21,759 nt of DNA from positions 1-21,759 of the forward strand of contig JAPWTZ010000008.1 in assembly GCA_028275775.1 (NCBI GenBank), in the 5' to 3' direction. This document shows, piece by piece, positions 1-7,717 of this stretch. The position numbers and the translations under genes were made by a program. Every line of letters starts with the position of its first letter. Positions within the stretch are counted from its first letter, which is position 1. Source of the stretch: Candidatus Nanopusillus sp. Its GTDB lineage: Archaea > Nanobdellota > Nanobdellia > Nanobdellales > Nanobdellaceae. A model generated the notes under the pieces. The model ran no database searches, had not been told where the DNA came from, and saw only the letters and a program-made list of their open reading frames with translations.

Positions 1-52
1 CATAAAATTCCTCTTCATTCTTCTTCTTACTCTTAAATAAACCCAGTACCAT
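1..52 (-). CDS. 5' end of an ORF running off the left edge (MVLGLFKSKKKNEEEFY...); function unknown
   Basis: ATG (reverse complement of cat at 50-52) lies 39 nt downstream of the leuS stop on the same strand. The frame stays open to position 1. Only 17 codons are visible. Confidence 0.25.
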   Translation of the reverse strand, partial: MVLGLFKSKKKNEEEFY

Positions 53-91
53 ATTATATAATAAATAAGTTATAAAATATAAATCTTATTA

Positions 92-2899
92 TTAAAGAAA
101 TACAATAGCTGGTTTATATGGCATTGCTCTATTCTTTTTAGATTCTTTTGATTCCTCTTCATATTCTATAATTATATCTTTAACATTCAATTCAGATTTA
201 AACATATCTTTAGCAGAATTTAATAATTCATATTCTTTTTCTCTATCTAGAAATTCATCAAGTATATACATATTTTTCTTTACAAACAATAATATATCCT
301 TGTAGTTTGGATAATTATTTAAAAATTCATCAATCTTATCTTTATTATTTCTTAATTCTTTAAATAATTCATATTTTTCTTTACTTGCAATTATTATTTT
401 TACTTTATCTTTTTTATCATTTATCAATATTTTTAACTTTATTAAATCATCCCTTACAGATTTTATAAATTTTTCATATTTTTCATATTCATCCGTATAA
501 CTTAAATTTTCTGGATATCTTATATTAAAAGGATCCAAACCAATTTTTTCAAATATTTCAGAAATAATATGAGGAACAATTGGATATAAAAATATTGCCT
601 TATATTCAATATATTTATTTATAACTTTTCCATTTATCTTACCAGAAGCTCTCTTTAGATACCATTCAAAAGAATTATCTAATTCAAATATTTTATTAAT
701 AACATTCATATAATTTAGTTTCTCATATTCATCTTCAATTTCTTTCGCCAATTTATTTAATTTATTTTCAAACCATAGATCTATATAACTTTCTTCATAT
801 TCTTGATGTTTATTATAATTTTCTATTGAATAATTATAAAATGATATTAAATATTTCATTACAAATTCTGACTTATTTAAATCTATTTTTGCATCATCAT
901 AGGATGAATTTGTAGACATTGCAATAATAAATCTTAATATATCTGCAGAATATTTTCTTAGAGCATCTCTTAATGATATATAATTTCCTAATGATTTTGA
1001 CATTTTTCTTCCCAATGCATCTACAGCATATCCATTTATAGCAATACCTCTTGGCCAATATTTTTTATCAAATATTGCAACATGATGAAATATAAAGAAA
1101 GATAAATGATTTGGAATTAAATCTTTTCCAGAACTTCTTAAATCAACTGGATACCAATATTCAAATTCTTCCTTCATCCTTTTTACAATATCTCCATATT
1201 TTCTTATTATTTCTTCCTCATTTCCTTTATTCAAAAATATATAATCAAATAAATCATCTTCAATTTTATTTGGATCTATATTTTTTATTAAATGAGCAAT
1301 TGTATAAAATGCCATATATATTGTAGAATCTGATAATGATTCTATTACCCAAGATTTATCCCAAGGTAAAGGTGTTCCCAATTCATTCTTATTATGTGCG
1401 CATGCCCAATCTTTTAGCCAATCAATTTTTTGATGAAAATCTTGTTTTGCATCTTCTGGATAAAAGTTCATATTATCTATACATTCATGGGCAAGTTTTT
1501 TCCATTCAGGATCTGAATATTTTAAGAACCATTGATTATCTATAATTTTTACAATACATAAATTTCCATATCTAGATTCAAATCTTGGTTTTAATGTATA
1601 ATGTACTTTTGCTATATTTTTCTCTATAAAATCTTTAACTATATTATCCTTTGCTTCATATATTTTCATACCACTATATTTTCCAAAAATATCTGTTAAT
1701 ATTCCATTATAATATTCTAAAGAATATATTTCTTTTGTTGCATCTTCCAACTTTTGTATATCTTTTTGATTATTTATTTTCATTTTTTCAACAATCTCTT
1801 TTGCTGGTATATTATATCCAGGAACCTTAAATAAAACTTTCATATTATCTAAACATTCTTTAGCTATTTCTTTATATTCTGTATTTAATAGATCTCTCAA
1901 TCCAATATAATCATATGGAGCATGAGAAGGTACACTCATAACAATACCAGTTCCAGTTTTTATATCTACAAATTCTGCAGGTAATATTGGTACTTCCTCT
2001 TTTGTTAATGGATTTATGCATTTTTTTCCAATTATTTCTTTAACATCAATATCTTTGTTTTTTTCTAATTTATATCCTTGTGCATTAAATTCTTCAACAA
2101 TTATTGTATCTGGTAATATATATTTATTATTACTCTCTTTATCCAAATATATTGAATATTTTCCATTTGGATTTATCCATATATTAGTTACTCCATACAA
2201 TGTTTCTGGTCTTAATGTAAATGCAGGTAATATTATATCTTCATCTTTTAATTTAAATAAAATTATATAACCTTCAGTAGGACCTATTCCAGCATATTCA
2301 TCTGGTCTATCATGATCTCCAACAGGTATATTTGCAATTGGATCATATACTACAGGATGCTTTCCAGTTATAACTAAACCTTTTTCTTTTAATTTTCTAT
2401 ATTGCCATTCTATAAATTTATTATACCATGGATGCAAATATGTTGTATAAAATTTCCTTCTCCAATCTATTGAGCATCCCAAATTTCTTATATCTTCCTC
2501 AGCCTTTTCTACAAAATATAAAGCCCATCCTGCAGGATCTTTTAATTTTTCTATATCTTCATCAGAAACTCCTTCATCTTTTAATTCCTTTATAATTTTT
2601 TCATCTCCATTTCTTAATCTCCATGATTTTGCAACAATTGGAGATCCAGTTAGATGAAAACCTTGAGGAAATAATACATTATAACCCTTTAATCTTTTAT
2701 ATCTAGCAATAATATCTACTCTAGTTAAAGATAAGGCAGTACCAATATGAAGAAATCCACTTACATATGGATATGGAAATGTAACAAAAAACTTTTGTTT
2801 TTCTTTATCAGGATTTGAATAATATATTTGTTTTTCATCCCATATCTTTTGCCATTTTTTCTCTATATCTTTAAAGAATTCTATATCTTTTTCATTCAT
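92..2899 (-). CDS. leuS: leucine--tRNA ligase (archaeal type)
   Basis: 935-aa ORF with an ATG start. Class I aaRS signatures are present: PYPYVSGFLHIGT (HIGH-region variant), KMSKS (GRKMSKSLGN), the CP1 editing block GTGIVMSVPSHAPYDY, the conserved GYNVLFPQGFHLTGSPI block, and a long archaeal C-terminal extension. Confidence 0.93.
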   Translation of the reverse strand: MNEKDIEFFKDIEKKWQKIWDEKQIYYSNPDKEKQKFFVTFPYPYVSGFLHIGTALSLTRVDIIARYKRLKGYNVLFPQGFHLTGSPIVAKSWRLRNGDEKIIKELKDEGVSDEDIEKLKDPAGWALYFVEKAEEDIRNLGCSIDWRRKFYTTYLHPWYNKFIEWQYRKLKEKGLVITGKHPVVYDPIANIPVGDHDRPDEYAGIGPTEGYIILFKLKDEDIILPAFTLRPETLYGVTNIWINPNGKYSIYLDKESNNKYILPDTIIVEEFNAQGYKLEKNKDIDVKEIIGKKCINPLTKEEVPILPAEFVDIKTGTGIVMSVPSHAPYDYIGLRDLLNTEYKEIAKECLDNMKVLFKVPGYNIPAKEIVEKMKINNQKDIQKLEDATKEIYSLEYYNGILTDIFGKYSGMKIYEAKDNIVKDFIEKNIAKVHYTLKPRFESRYGNLCIVKIIDNQWFLKYSDPEWKKLAHECIDNMNFYPEDAKQDFHQKIDWLKDWACAHNKNELGTPLPWDKSWVIESLSDSTIYMAFYTIAHLIKNIDPNKIEDDLFDYIFLNKGNEEEIIRKYGDIVKRMKEEFEYWYPVDLRSSGKDLIPNHLSFFIFHHVAIFDKKYWPRGIAINGYAVDALGRKMSKSLGNYISLRDALRKYSADILRFIIAMSTNSSYDDAKIDLNKSEFVMKYLISFYNYSIENYNKHQEYEESYIDLWFENKLNKLAKEIEDEYEKLNYMNVINKIFELDNSFEWYLKRASGKINGKVINKYIEYKAIFLYPIVPHIISEIFEKIGLDPFNIRYPENLSYTDEYEKYEKFIKSVRDDLIKLKILINDKKDKVKIIIASKEKYELFKELRNNKDKIDEFLNNYPNYKDILLFVKKNMYILDEFLDREKEYELLNSAKDMFKSELNVKDIIIEYEEESKESKKNRAMPYKPAIVFL

Positions 2900-2904
2900 A
2901 AAGT

Positions 2905-2950
2905 AAATTTAAATATAAAAATACTTTTAAAATTATTTTTTAGATTTTAT
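2905..2950. promoter_or_regulatory. 54-bp divergent promoter region between leuS (-) and rps3ae (+), with TATA-like boxes facing both ways
   Basis: The whole spacer 2900-2953 is aaagtaaatttaaatataaaaatacttttaaaattattttttagattttattaa. A/T boxes (tttaaatataaaaa, cttttaaaatta) sit about 20-30 nt from each ATG, as expected for leaderless archaeal transcripts. This is position-based only. Confidence 0.3.
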
Positions 2951-2953
2951 TAA

Positions 2954-3571
2954 ATGGCATATAATAAAAAATATGCTGATTGGAGCAAAAAAGTATGGGT
3001 AGATATATATGCACCTGTAGAAATATTTAATGAAAATAAAATTGGAGAAACACCTGTAAATAAAGATAATATTGAAAATGTTATTGGAAGGACTGTAGAT
3101 TTGAATCTTGCATTTATATTAAACAATTTTAAATACCAGAACTATAAAGTTATATTTCAAATAAATAAAGTATCGGGATTAAAAGCCTATACAGAAGTAA
3201 AAGAAGTAATGTTATATCCATCATATGTAAGAAGGATAACTAGAAAAGGAACATCAAAAATAGAAGATTCATTTATAGTAAAGACAAATGATGGATATGA
3301 GGTAAGGATAAAACCTTTAGTTATCACAAGATTTAAAGCTCATAGATCACAAAGAACTGAAATAAGAAAAACATATAGAAAATATTTGGAAGAAAAAGCT
3401 TCTTCATTAAAATATTATGAATTAATAGAGAAAGTAATAAATTATGATTTACAAAATGAAATAAAACCAACATTAAATAAAATATTTCCAGTTAGTAATG
3501 TTGAAATAAAAAGAATAACAAAAATAAGTCAAATTAAGCAAGAAATTCCTCAAGCAGTAGAAAATAAATAA
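2954..3571 (+). CDS. rps3ae: 30S ribosomal protein S3Ae (eS1)
   Basis: 205-aa basic protein. The N-terminal KKVWVDIYAP...IGET block, the later SYVRR...VRIKPLVIT..RFKA pattern and the length all match my recollection of the S3Ae/eS1 family. Confidence 0.85.
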   Translation: MAYNKKYADWSKKVWVDIYAPVEIFNENKIGETPVNKDNIENVIGRTVDLNLAFILNNFKYQNYKVIFQINKVSGLKAYTEVKEVMLYPSYVRRITRKGTSKIEDSFIVKTNDGYEVRIKPLVITRFKAHRSQRTEIRKTYRKYLEEKASSLKYYELIEKVINYDLQNEIKPTLNKIFPVSNVEIKRITKISQIKQEIPQAVENK

Positions 3572-4720
3572 TTATTTTTTAATTTCTATTAAAAATCCCT
3601 TAAGATATGATAATTCTTTATGAGGAAATATAACTTTATGATCTAAAGCCTGATTAAATTTATACAATATTTCAAATTTCTTATTTTTTCTTCTTATTAA
3701 TGTTCTAATCAATGAATAAAATTTTCTTTCATTCAAATCCTGAGAACATGAAAATGTTATTAAATATCCTTCATCAATTAAATCTAGTGCAATAGAATTT
3801 ATTAATATAAAACTTCTAATTCCCCTTTCATAATTTTCTGCCAATAAATCTGGAGGATCTAATATAATTATATCAAATTTCCTTTTTTCTAAATAAAATT
3901 GTTTCAATATTTTATATGCATTATCATTTATAACATTATAATTTTCTATATTATTTAATTTCAAATTTTTATATAACATACTAATTGCTTCTTTATTTTT
4001 TTCAATAAAATATTTTTCTTCTCCATTAATAATTATACCAAAAGATCCTGAATATGAAAATACATCCAAAACTTTATCTCCATACAATTGACTAACAATT
4101 TTTCTATTTTCTCTTTGATCTAAAAACCATCCAGTCTTTTGCCCCTTTAATATATTTATATAAAATTTTTTATTGACTTCTTCTATTTCAGTTTCATATT
4201 TATTCCCGTAAATAAATCTCTCTACAGGTTTTAAATATGACCTTTCTCTTTGTTTTCCAATACTTTTTTCATAAATTGTAATATCTTTTCCATATACATC
4301 TATTAATACATCTCTAATTATATTAATATTTTTATCAAAAAAAGCATTTGAATTTTGTATTACAAATATATCATTATATTTATCTATAATTAAACCAGAT
4401 AAAAAATCTGATTCAGAATATATTAATCTATAATGATCTTTATAATTTATTGTTTTTTCTCTATATTCTTTTGCTTTCTTTATTTTTTCCTTTATTTCAT
4501 TATATACATCTATATCTTCATTATATGAAAATATTCTAATGTAATGATATGGATCTTTTGGATTTATTATTCCCCAAGCTAGAAAATTATTCTTATATTT
4601 TAATTTAACTAGTTCACCAGGTTCTGCTTCAATTTTTTTAATCCAATTTACAGAAAAAACCTGCCTTCCTCTTATTATTTCTCTTTTTACTCTTTCTCCA
4701 ACTTCAATTTCATATTGCAT
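3572..4720 (-). CDS. PUA-domain class I SAM-dependent RNA (m5C-type) methyltransferase, RlmI/PH1915-like
   Basis: 382 aa. The N-terminal region is PUA-like. SAM motif I is VLDVFSYSGSFG and motif IV is DIIILDPPD. Length and architecture match the RlmI family. The start overlaps the upstream ORF's stop by 11 nt. Confidence 0.75.
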   Translation of the reverse strand: MQYEIEVGERVKREIIRGRQVFSVNWIKKIEAEPGELVKLKYKNNFLAWGIINPKDPYHYIRIFSYNEDIDVYNEIKEKIKKAKEYREKTINYKDHYRLIYSESDFLSGLIIDKYNDIFVIQNSNAFFDKNINIIRDVLIDVYGKDITIYEKSIGKQRERSYLKPVERFIYGNKYETEIEEVNKKFYINILKGQKTGWFLDQRENRKIVSQLYGDKVLDVFSYSGSFGIIINGEEKYFIEKNKEAISMLYKNLKLNNIENYNVINDNAYKILKQFYLEKRKFDIIILDPPDLLAENYERGIRSFILINSIALDLIDEGYLITFSCSQDLNERKFYSLIRTLIRRKNKKFEILYKFNQALDHKVIFPHKELSYLKGFLIEIKK

Positions 4721-6038
4721 ATTCTGTTGATAATATTAAATAATACAATCCTGAATTTATATTACCCATATTTATCAAATCTTTTCCAAATTGTAAATAA
4801 TTGTAAGAAGTAATAGAAAATCCATATTTATTATAATAATAATAATCTAACTGCTCTATTGATTTTATCATATCATTACTAACATAATTTGTACTATTAG
4901 CTACATATAAATAATATAAATTAGATAAATAATCCATCTTTTCAAAACAAGATAGATTCAATGGCAATTGATATTGATATAAATATTGCATTAAATTATA
5001 TTGTTGATCTATTAATGAACATTCATTTTCTTTATATATATTATTTGTTATTGATAAAAATTGAGCCCAACCAAGTGCAGAATAATATCTCCAATATGAT
5101 TCTTGTAAATTATCTAAAGTTTCATTAGCATTTTCTAATCTTGATATTACTTGATATTTTATTTCTTCACATTCATAATTTCCAAAACATTGATAATTAT
5201 TTATATAATTATAAAAATCATTTATATCTTTTTCTAATTCTTCTTTAATTATATTTGGATAAAATTCTGGGTTAGTAACTTTTTGTTCAAAGCATAAACT
5301 TGCTGCTGTATAATAATCTCCCAAAGAAATATAATAATTTACAGTACTATTATTTATTCCACTACATATTTCATATGTTACATTTTTCATAACATCTATA
5401 TAATCTTGAGGAACATTATATGTATTATTAAATTGTTCTCCAAAATATATTTTTTCTAAATCAAGTATTGTATATACAGGAATTATTTTAGAATTATTAT
5501 AATATGGAGCTACCATATATGGAAAATATTGTAAAGTTGCATTTAGTTTATATCTAATACCTTCAACTGGTGCTATTATTCCATTTGGTAACATAAAACC
5601 AGTAATTGGATAATTAACTATTGCAGTTTTATTTGATAAAGCTTCTAAAACAAGTAATGTTAACCCTGCAGTACCAGAAAATCCTTCTGCAAACAATACA
5701 TCATTTGAACTAAAATAATAATCATAATTATTACATTTGTCAGGATATATATTACATGCAGCAACCTTTGCAAATAAATATGCTAAATCATAATCATCAT
5801 ATGGTATTGGAGGAATACTTGCATATACTTTTCCAGAACCTGGAGATATTCTTAAGAAAAATTGTGTAACTTCTCCAGATAAATTATTTGATTGATTTAG
5901 AACTGCCGGAATATATACTGAGTATTCATTACTATATAAAAAGCTAAATCTTTCACTATATAATAAAAAAATCGACAAGAATCCTATCAATATTATAGAT
6001 AATGCAATTAAATAATATAATATAATTCTTTTGTTCAT
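4710..6038 (-). CDS. N-terminally membrane-anchored extracytoplasmic protein with a Lon-protease-C (S16)-like domain (COG1750-like archaeal 'serine protease') and a Tyr/Asn-rich helical C-terminal half
   Basis: There is one TM helix (IILYYLIALSIILIGFLSIFLLY). IPAV...ISPGSGKVY, EGFSGTAGLTLLV and ITGFMLPNGIIAPVEGIRYK resemble the Lon proteolytic-domain blocks (..PGSG.., DGPSAG, ITG.I...G.I.PVGG..EK). About a dozen N-x-S/T sequons are present. The ORF-track start at 6047 is TTG. I prefer the ATG at 6038 (MNKRIIL...). Confidence 0.5.
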   Translation of the reverse strand: MNKRIILYYLIALSIILIGFLSIFLLYSERFSFLYSNEYSVYIPAVLNQSNNLSGEVTQFFLRISPGSGKVYASIPPIPYDDYDLAYLFAKVAACNIYPDKCNNYDYYFSSNDVLFAEGFSGTAGLTLLVLEALSNKTAIVNYPITGFMLPNGIIAPVEGIRYKLNATLQYFPYMVAPYYNNSKIIPVYTILDLEKIYFGEQFNNTYNVPQDYIDVMKNVTYEICSGINNSTVNYYISLGDYYTAASLCFEQKVTNPEFYPNIIKEELEKDINDFYNYINNYQCFGNYECEEIKYQVISRLENANETLDNLQESYWRYYSALGWAQFLSITNNIYKENECSLIDQQYNLMQYLYQYQLPLNLSCFEKMDYLSNLYYLYVANSTNYVSNDMIKSIEQLDYYYYNKYGFSITSYNYLQFGKDLINMGNINSGLYYLILSTEYAI

Positions 6039-6061
6039 TTTATTCAAAATAAAAGAAATCT

Positions 6062-6895
6062 TTATAAACTTCTATTATCCAATAATTTTAAAGATTTAAT
6101 TAATTCATTCGGATTTTTTAAATGAGTTTCTACTATTTTTTGATTATAATTTACTCTAAAACCAATTTTAAAGTAATATATCTTTTTGTTGTCTATATAT
6201 ATAGTTCCTTCTTCTTTTAAAATAAAATTATAAGCATTGTATTTATATGCATCTCTCATAATTCTATTAAGATTATGTCTTATTATTCTCTTTACACCAT
6301 ATAAATTTCCTATATCTTCAGAATAAGGATAAATTGCTCCATAAAGGTTAATTCTTTCAATCTTTCCAATTAAGTTAAATTCGATTGTTCTTTTTAATAG
6401 ATATTGATATATTATTAATTGACCTGAAATCTCCCTTATTATATGGAGAATTTTTTTAATAAGATCTTCATCCCCTTTTGATTGAGATTTAGTAAGATCA
6501 ACAGATTTTACTTCATAAATATTTGCTATAGTTTTCATCTTACCTCCAAAATTTAAGCCATCAGGTTCCCCAACTATTAATACCGGATATCCGTTATAGT
6601 ATTCAATTGATATTAGATAATATTTTAGAGATTTTGTTATTGATTTCACCATATCTTCAAAATATTTTGGAATTCTTTCATCTATTTTACCTTGTCTGAT
6701 ATCTCCAGATAATTCTTTTATAGGCAGAGTTGCAGCTATTGTAAGTATATTTCCATATTTCCCTTTTATATCTTCTAAAACATCCCTCAATCTCTTTAGA
6801 TATGAAATATCATAATTAGGATTATTATTATTTATTTTTGTATTTATTCTTTCTATTAAAGTATCCAATGTTGTCACTCCGTAATGAGTATACAT
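6062..6895 (-). CDS. hypothetical protein (277 aa) with a possible PD-(D/E)xK nuclease-like motif
   Basis: ATG start. It sits 23 nt upstream of the next same-strand ORF (14 nt if that ORF uses its TTG start at 6047), so it looks operonic. I recognise no family. VLIVGEPD(112)...IANIYE(128)VK(130)S resembles the hhhD...hhhExK core. Confidence 0.55.
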   Translation of the reverse strand: MYTHYGVTTLDTLIERINTKINNNNPNYDISYLKRLRDVLEDIKGKYGNILTIAATLPIKELSGDIRQGKIDERIPKYFEDMVKSITKSLKYYLISIEYYNGYPVLIVGEPDGLNFGGKMKTIANIYEVKSVDLTKSQSKGDEDLIKKILHIIREISGQLIIYQYLLKRTIEFNLIGKIERINLYGAIYPYSEDIGNLYGVKRIIRHNLNRIMRDAYKYNAYNFILKEEGTIYIDNKKIYYFKIGFRVNYNQKIVETHLKNPNELIKSLKLLDNRSL

Positions 6896-6925
6896 AATAA
6901 GTAATTAATATAATTCATTTATAAA

Positions 6926-7009
6926 CGCCGCGGGTGGGATTTGAACCCACGCCCCCTTTCGGGGAATGGATTAGCAATCCATCCCCTTGGGCCGCTCGGG
7001 CACCGCGGC
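6926..7009 (-). tRNA. tRNA-Ser (anticodon GCU)
   Basis: The reverse complement is GCCGCGG TG CCC GAGCGGCCCAA GGG G ATGGA TTGCTAA TCCAT TCCCCGAAAGGGGGC GTGGG TTCAAAT CCCAC CCGCGGC G. It has a 7-bp acceptor stem, a 5-bp anticodon stem with a 7-nt loop carrying GCT at positions 34-36, a long variable arm (CCCC-GAAA-GGGG), a canonical T arm and discriminator G. No CCA is encoded. Confidence 0.92.
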
Positions 7010-7030
7010 ATATTAAATTTTTAAAAATTA

Positions 7031-7444
7031 TTATTTATAAGTTGAGATCTTATATTCTATGTTATATAAAACATTATCGAAAGAATATAATAATTGAATT
7101 AATGTATTGTTTTCAATAATTATATTTTTTACATAACATAATACTGACTGATTTGGATATATTATTTCATTTTCACATGTTAAATTATATATATTCCCTG
7201 TTATATTTAATATAAAATTGGAAGTATTTATATATGGCAATTGATAATCAGTTATATTTAAATATAAAGTATTGTTTACATAATTTGCATTATATTGATA
7301 TGGATTTGGATAAAATGTTATATTTATTGGCATGTTTTCTGAATTACTTATATTTTTGCCGAACAATTTATAAAAGACTATATAAAATATTACAAAAAAT
7401 ATTACTGTAAGTACAATAAATGTTATAACATTCTCTTTTTTCAT
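7031..7444 (-). CDS. small N-terminally anchored, sequon-dense extracytoplasmic protein (137 aa)
   Basis: ATG start. An N-terminal hydrophobic helix (VITFIVLTVIFFVIFYIVFY) is followed by nine N-x-S/T sequons. I recognise no family. Confidence 0.55.
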   Translation of the reverse strand: MKKENVITFIVLTVIFFVIFYIVFYKLFGKNISNSENMPINITFYPNPYQYNANYVNNTLYLNITDYQLPYINTSNFILNITGNIYNLTCENEIIYPNQSVLCYVKNIIIENNTLIQLLYSFDNVLYNIEYKISTYK

Positions 7445-7479
7445 TAAAATTTTTTAAGAATAAAACTTAAAAAATATTA

Positions 7480-7686
7480 ATGAAAAAAATAAGAGTATTT
7501 ATTGAAAGATACTTTACTGAAAATAATATTGAATTTAATGGAAACACTATAAAAGATTTATTAAATATGTTAAATTTAGATTCTTCAAGATTTATTATAG
7601 TAAAAAATGGAGAAATTGTAACAGAAGATGATATAATAAATGATGGAGATTATATAAAAATATTAGATTCTGTTTCTGGAGGATAA
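7480..7686 (+). CDS. ThiS/MoaD-family ubiquitin-like beta-grasp sulfur-carrier/modifier protein
   Basis: 68 aa. VKNGEIV...INDGDYIKILDSVSGG-stop matches the ThiS pattern (vNGe.v....l.dGD.iei...vgGG), including the terminal diglycine directly before the stop codon. Confidence 0.75.
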   Translation: MKKIRVFIERYFTENNIEFNGNTIKDLLNMLNLDSSRFIIVKNGEIVTEDDIINDGDYIKILDSVSGG

Positions 7687-7717
7687 ACTTATAATATTTA
7701 AAATATTTTTCTATTTT

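Noticed and set aside
1111-2270. Three plus-strand ORFs (1111-1326, 1336-1545, 2016-2270) inside leuS
   Set aside because: They are antisense to a confidently identified 935-aa gene. Their products are low-complexity Leu/Phe/Ile/Tyr-rich, as expected from reading an AT-rich gene backwards. No motifs are present.
6039-6047. TTG-initiated three-codon N-terminal extension of the 445-aa ORF; likewise TTG at 8653 for the isochorismatase-like ORF
   Set aside because: ATG codons follow within 1-3 codons (6038; 8656), or give a more typical N-terminus (8692). The TTG starts come from the ORF finder taking the longest frame. They cannot be excluded without data.
6926-7009. tRNA-Ser as an integration site for a mobile element
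   Set aside because: I found no second copy of the tRNA 3' half (for example GGGTTCAAATCCCAC) anywhere in the window. There is no integrase, and the flanking genes are tightly packed, ordinary-looking genes.
6934-7119. 61-aa plus-strand ORF (MGFEPTPPFGEW...)
   Set aside because: Its first ~25 codons are simply the antisense of the GC-rich tRNA-Ser, and the rest overlaps the 137-aa minus-strand ORF. It is an artefact.
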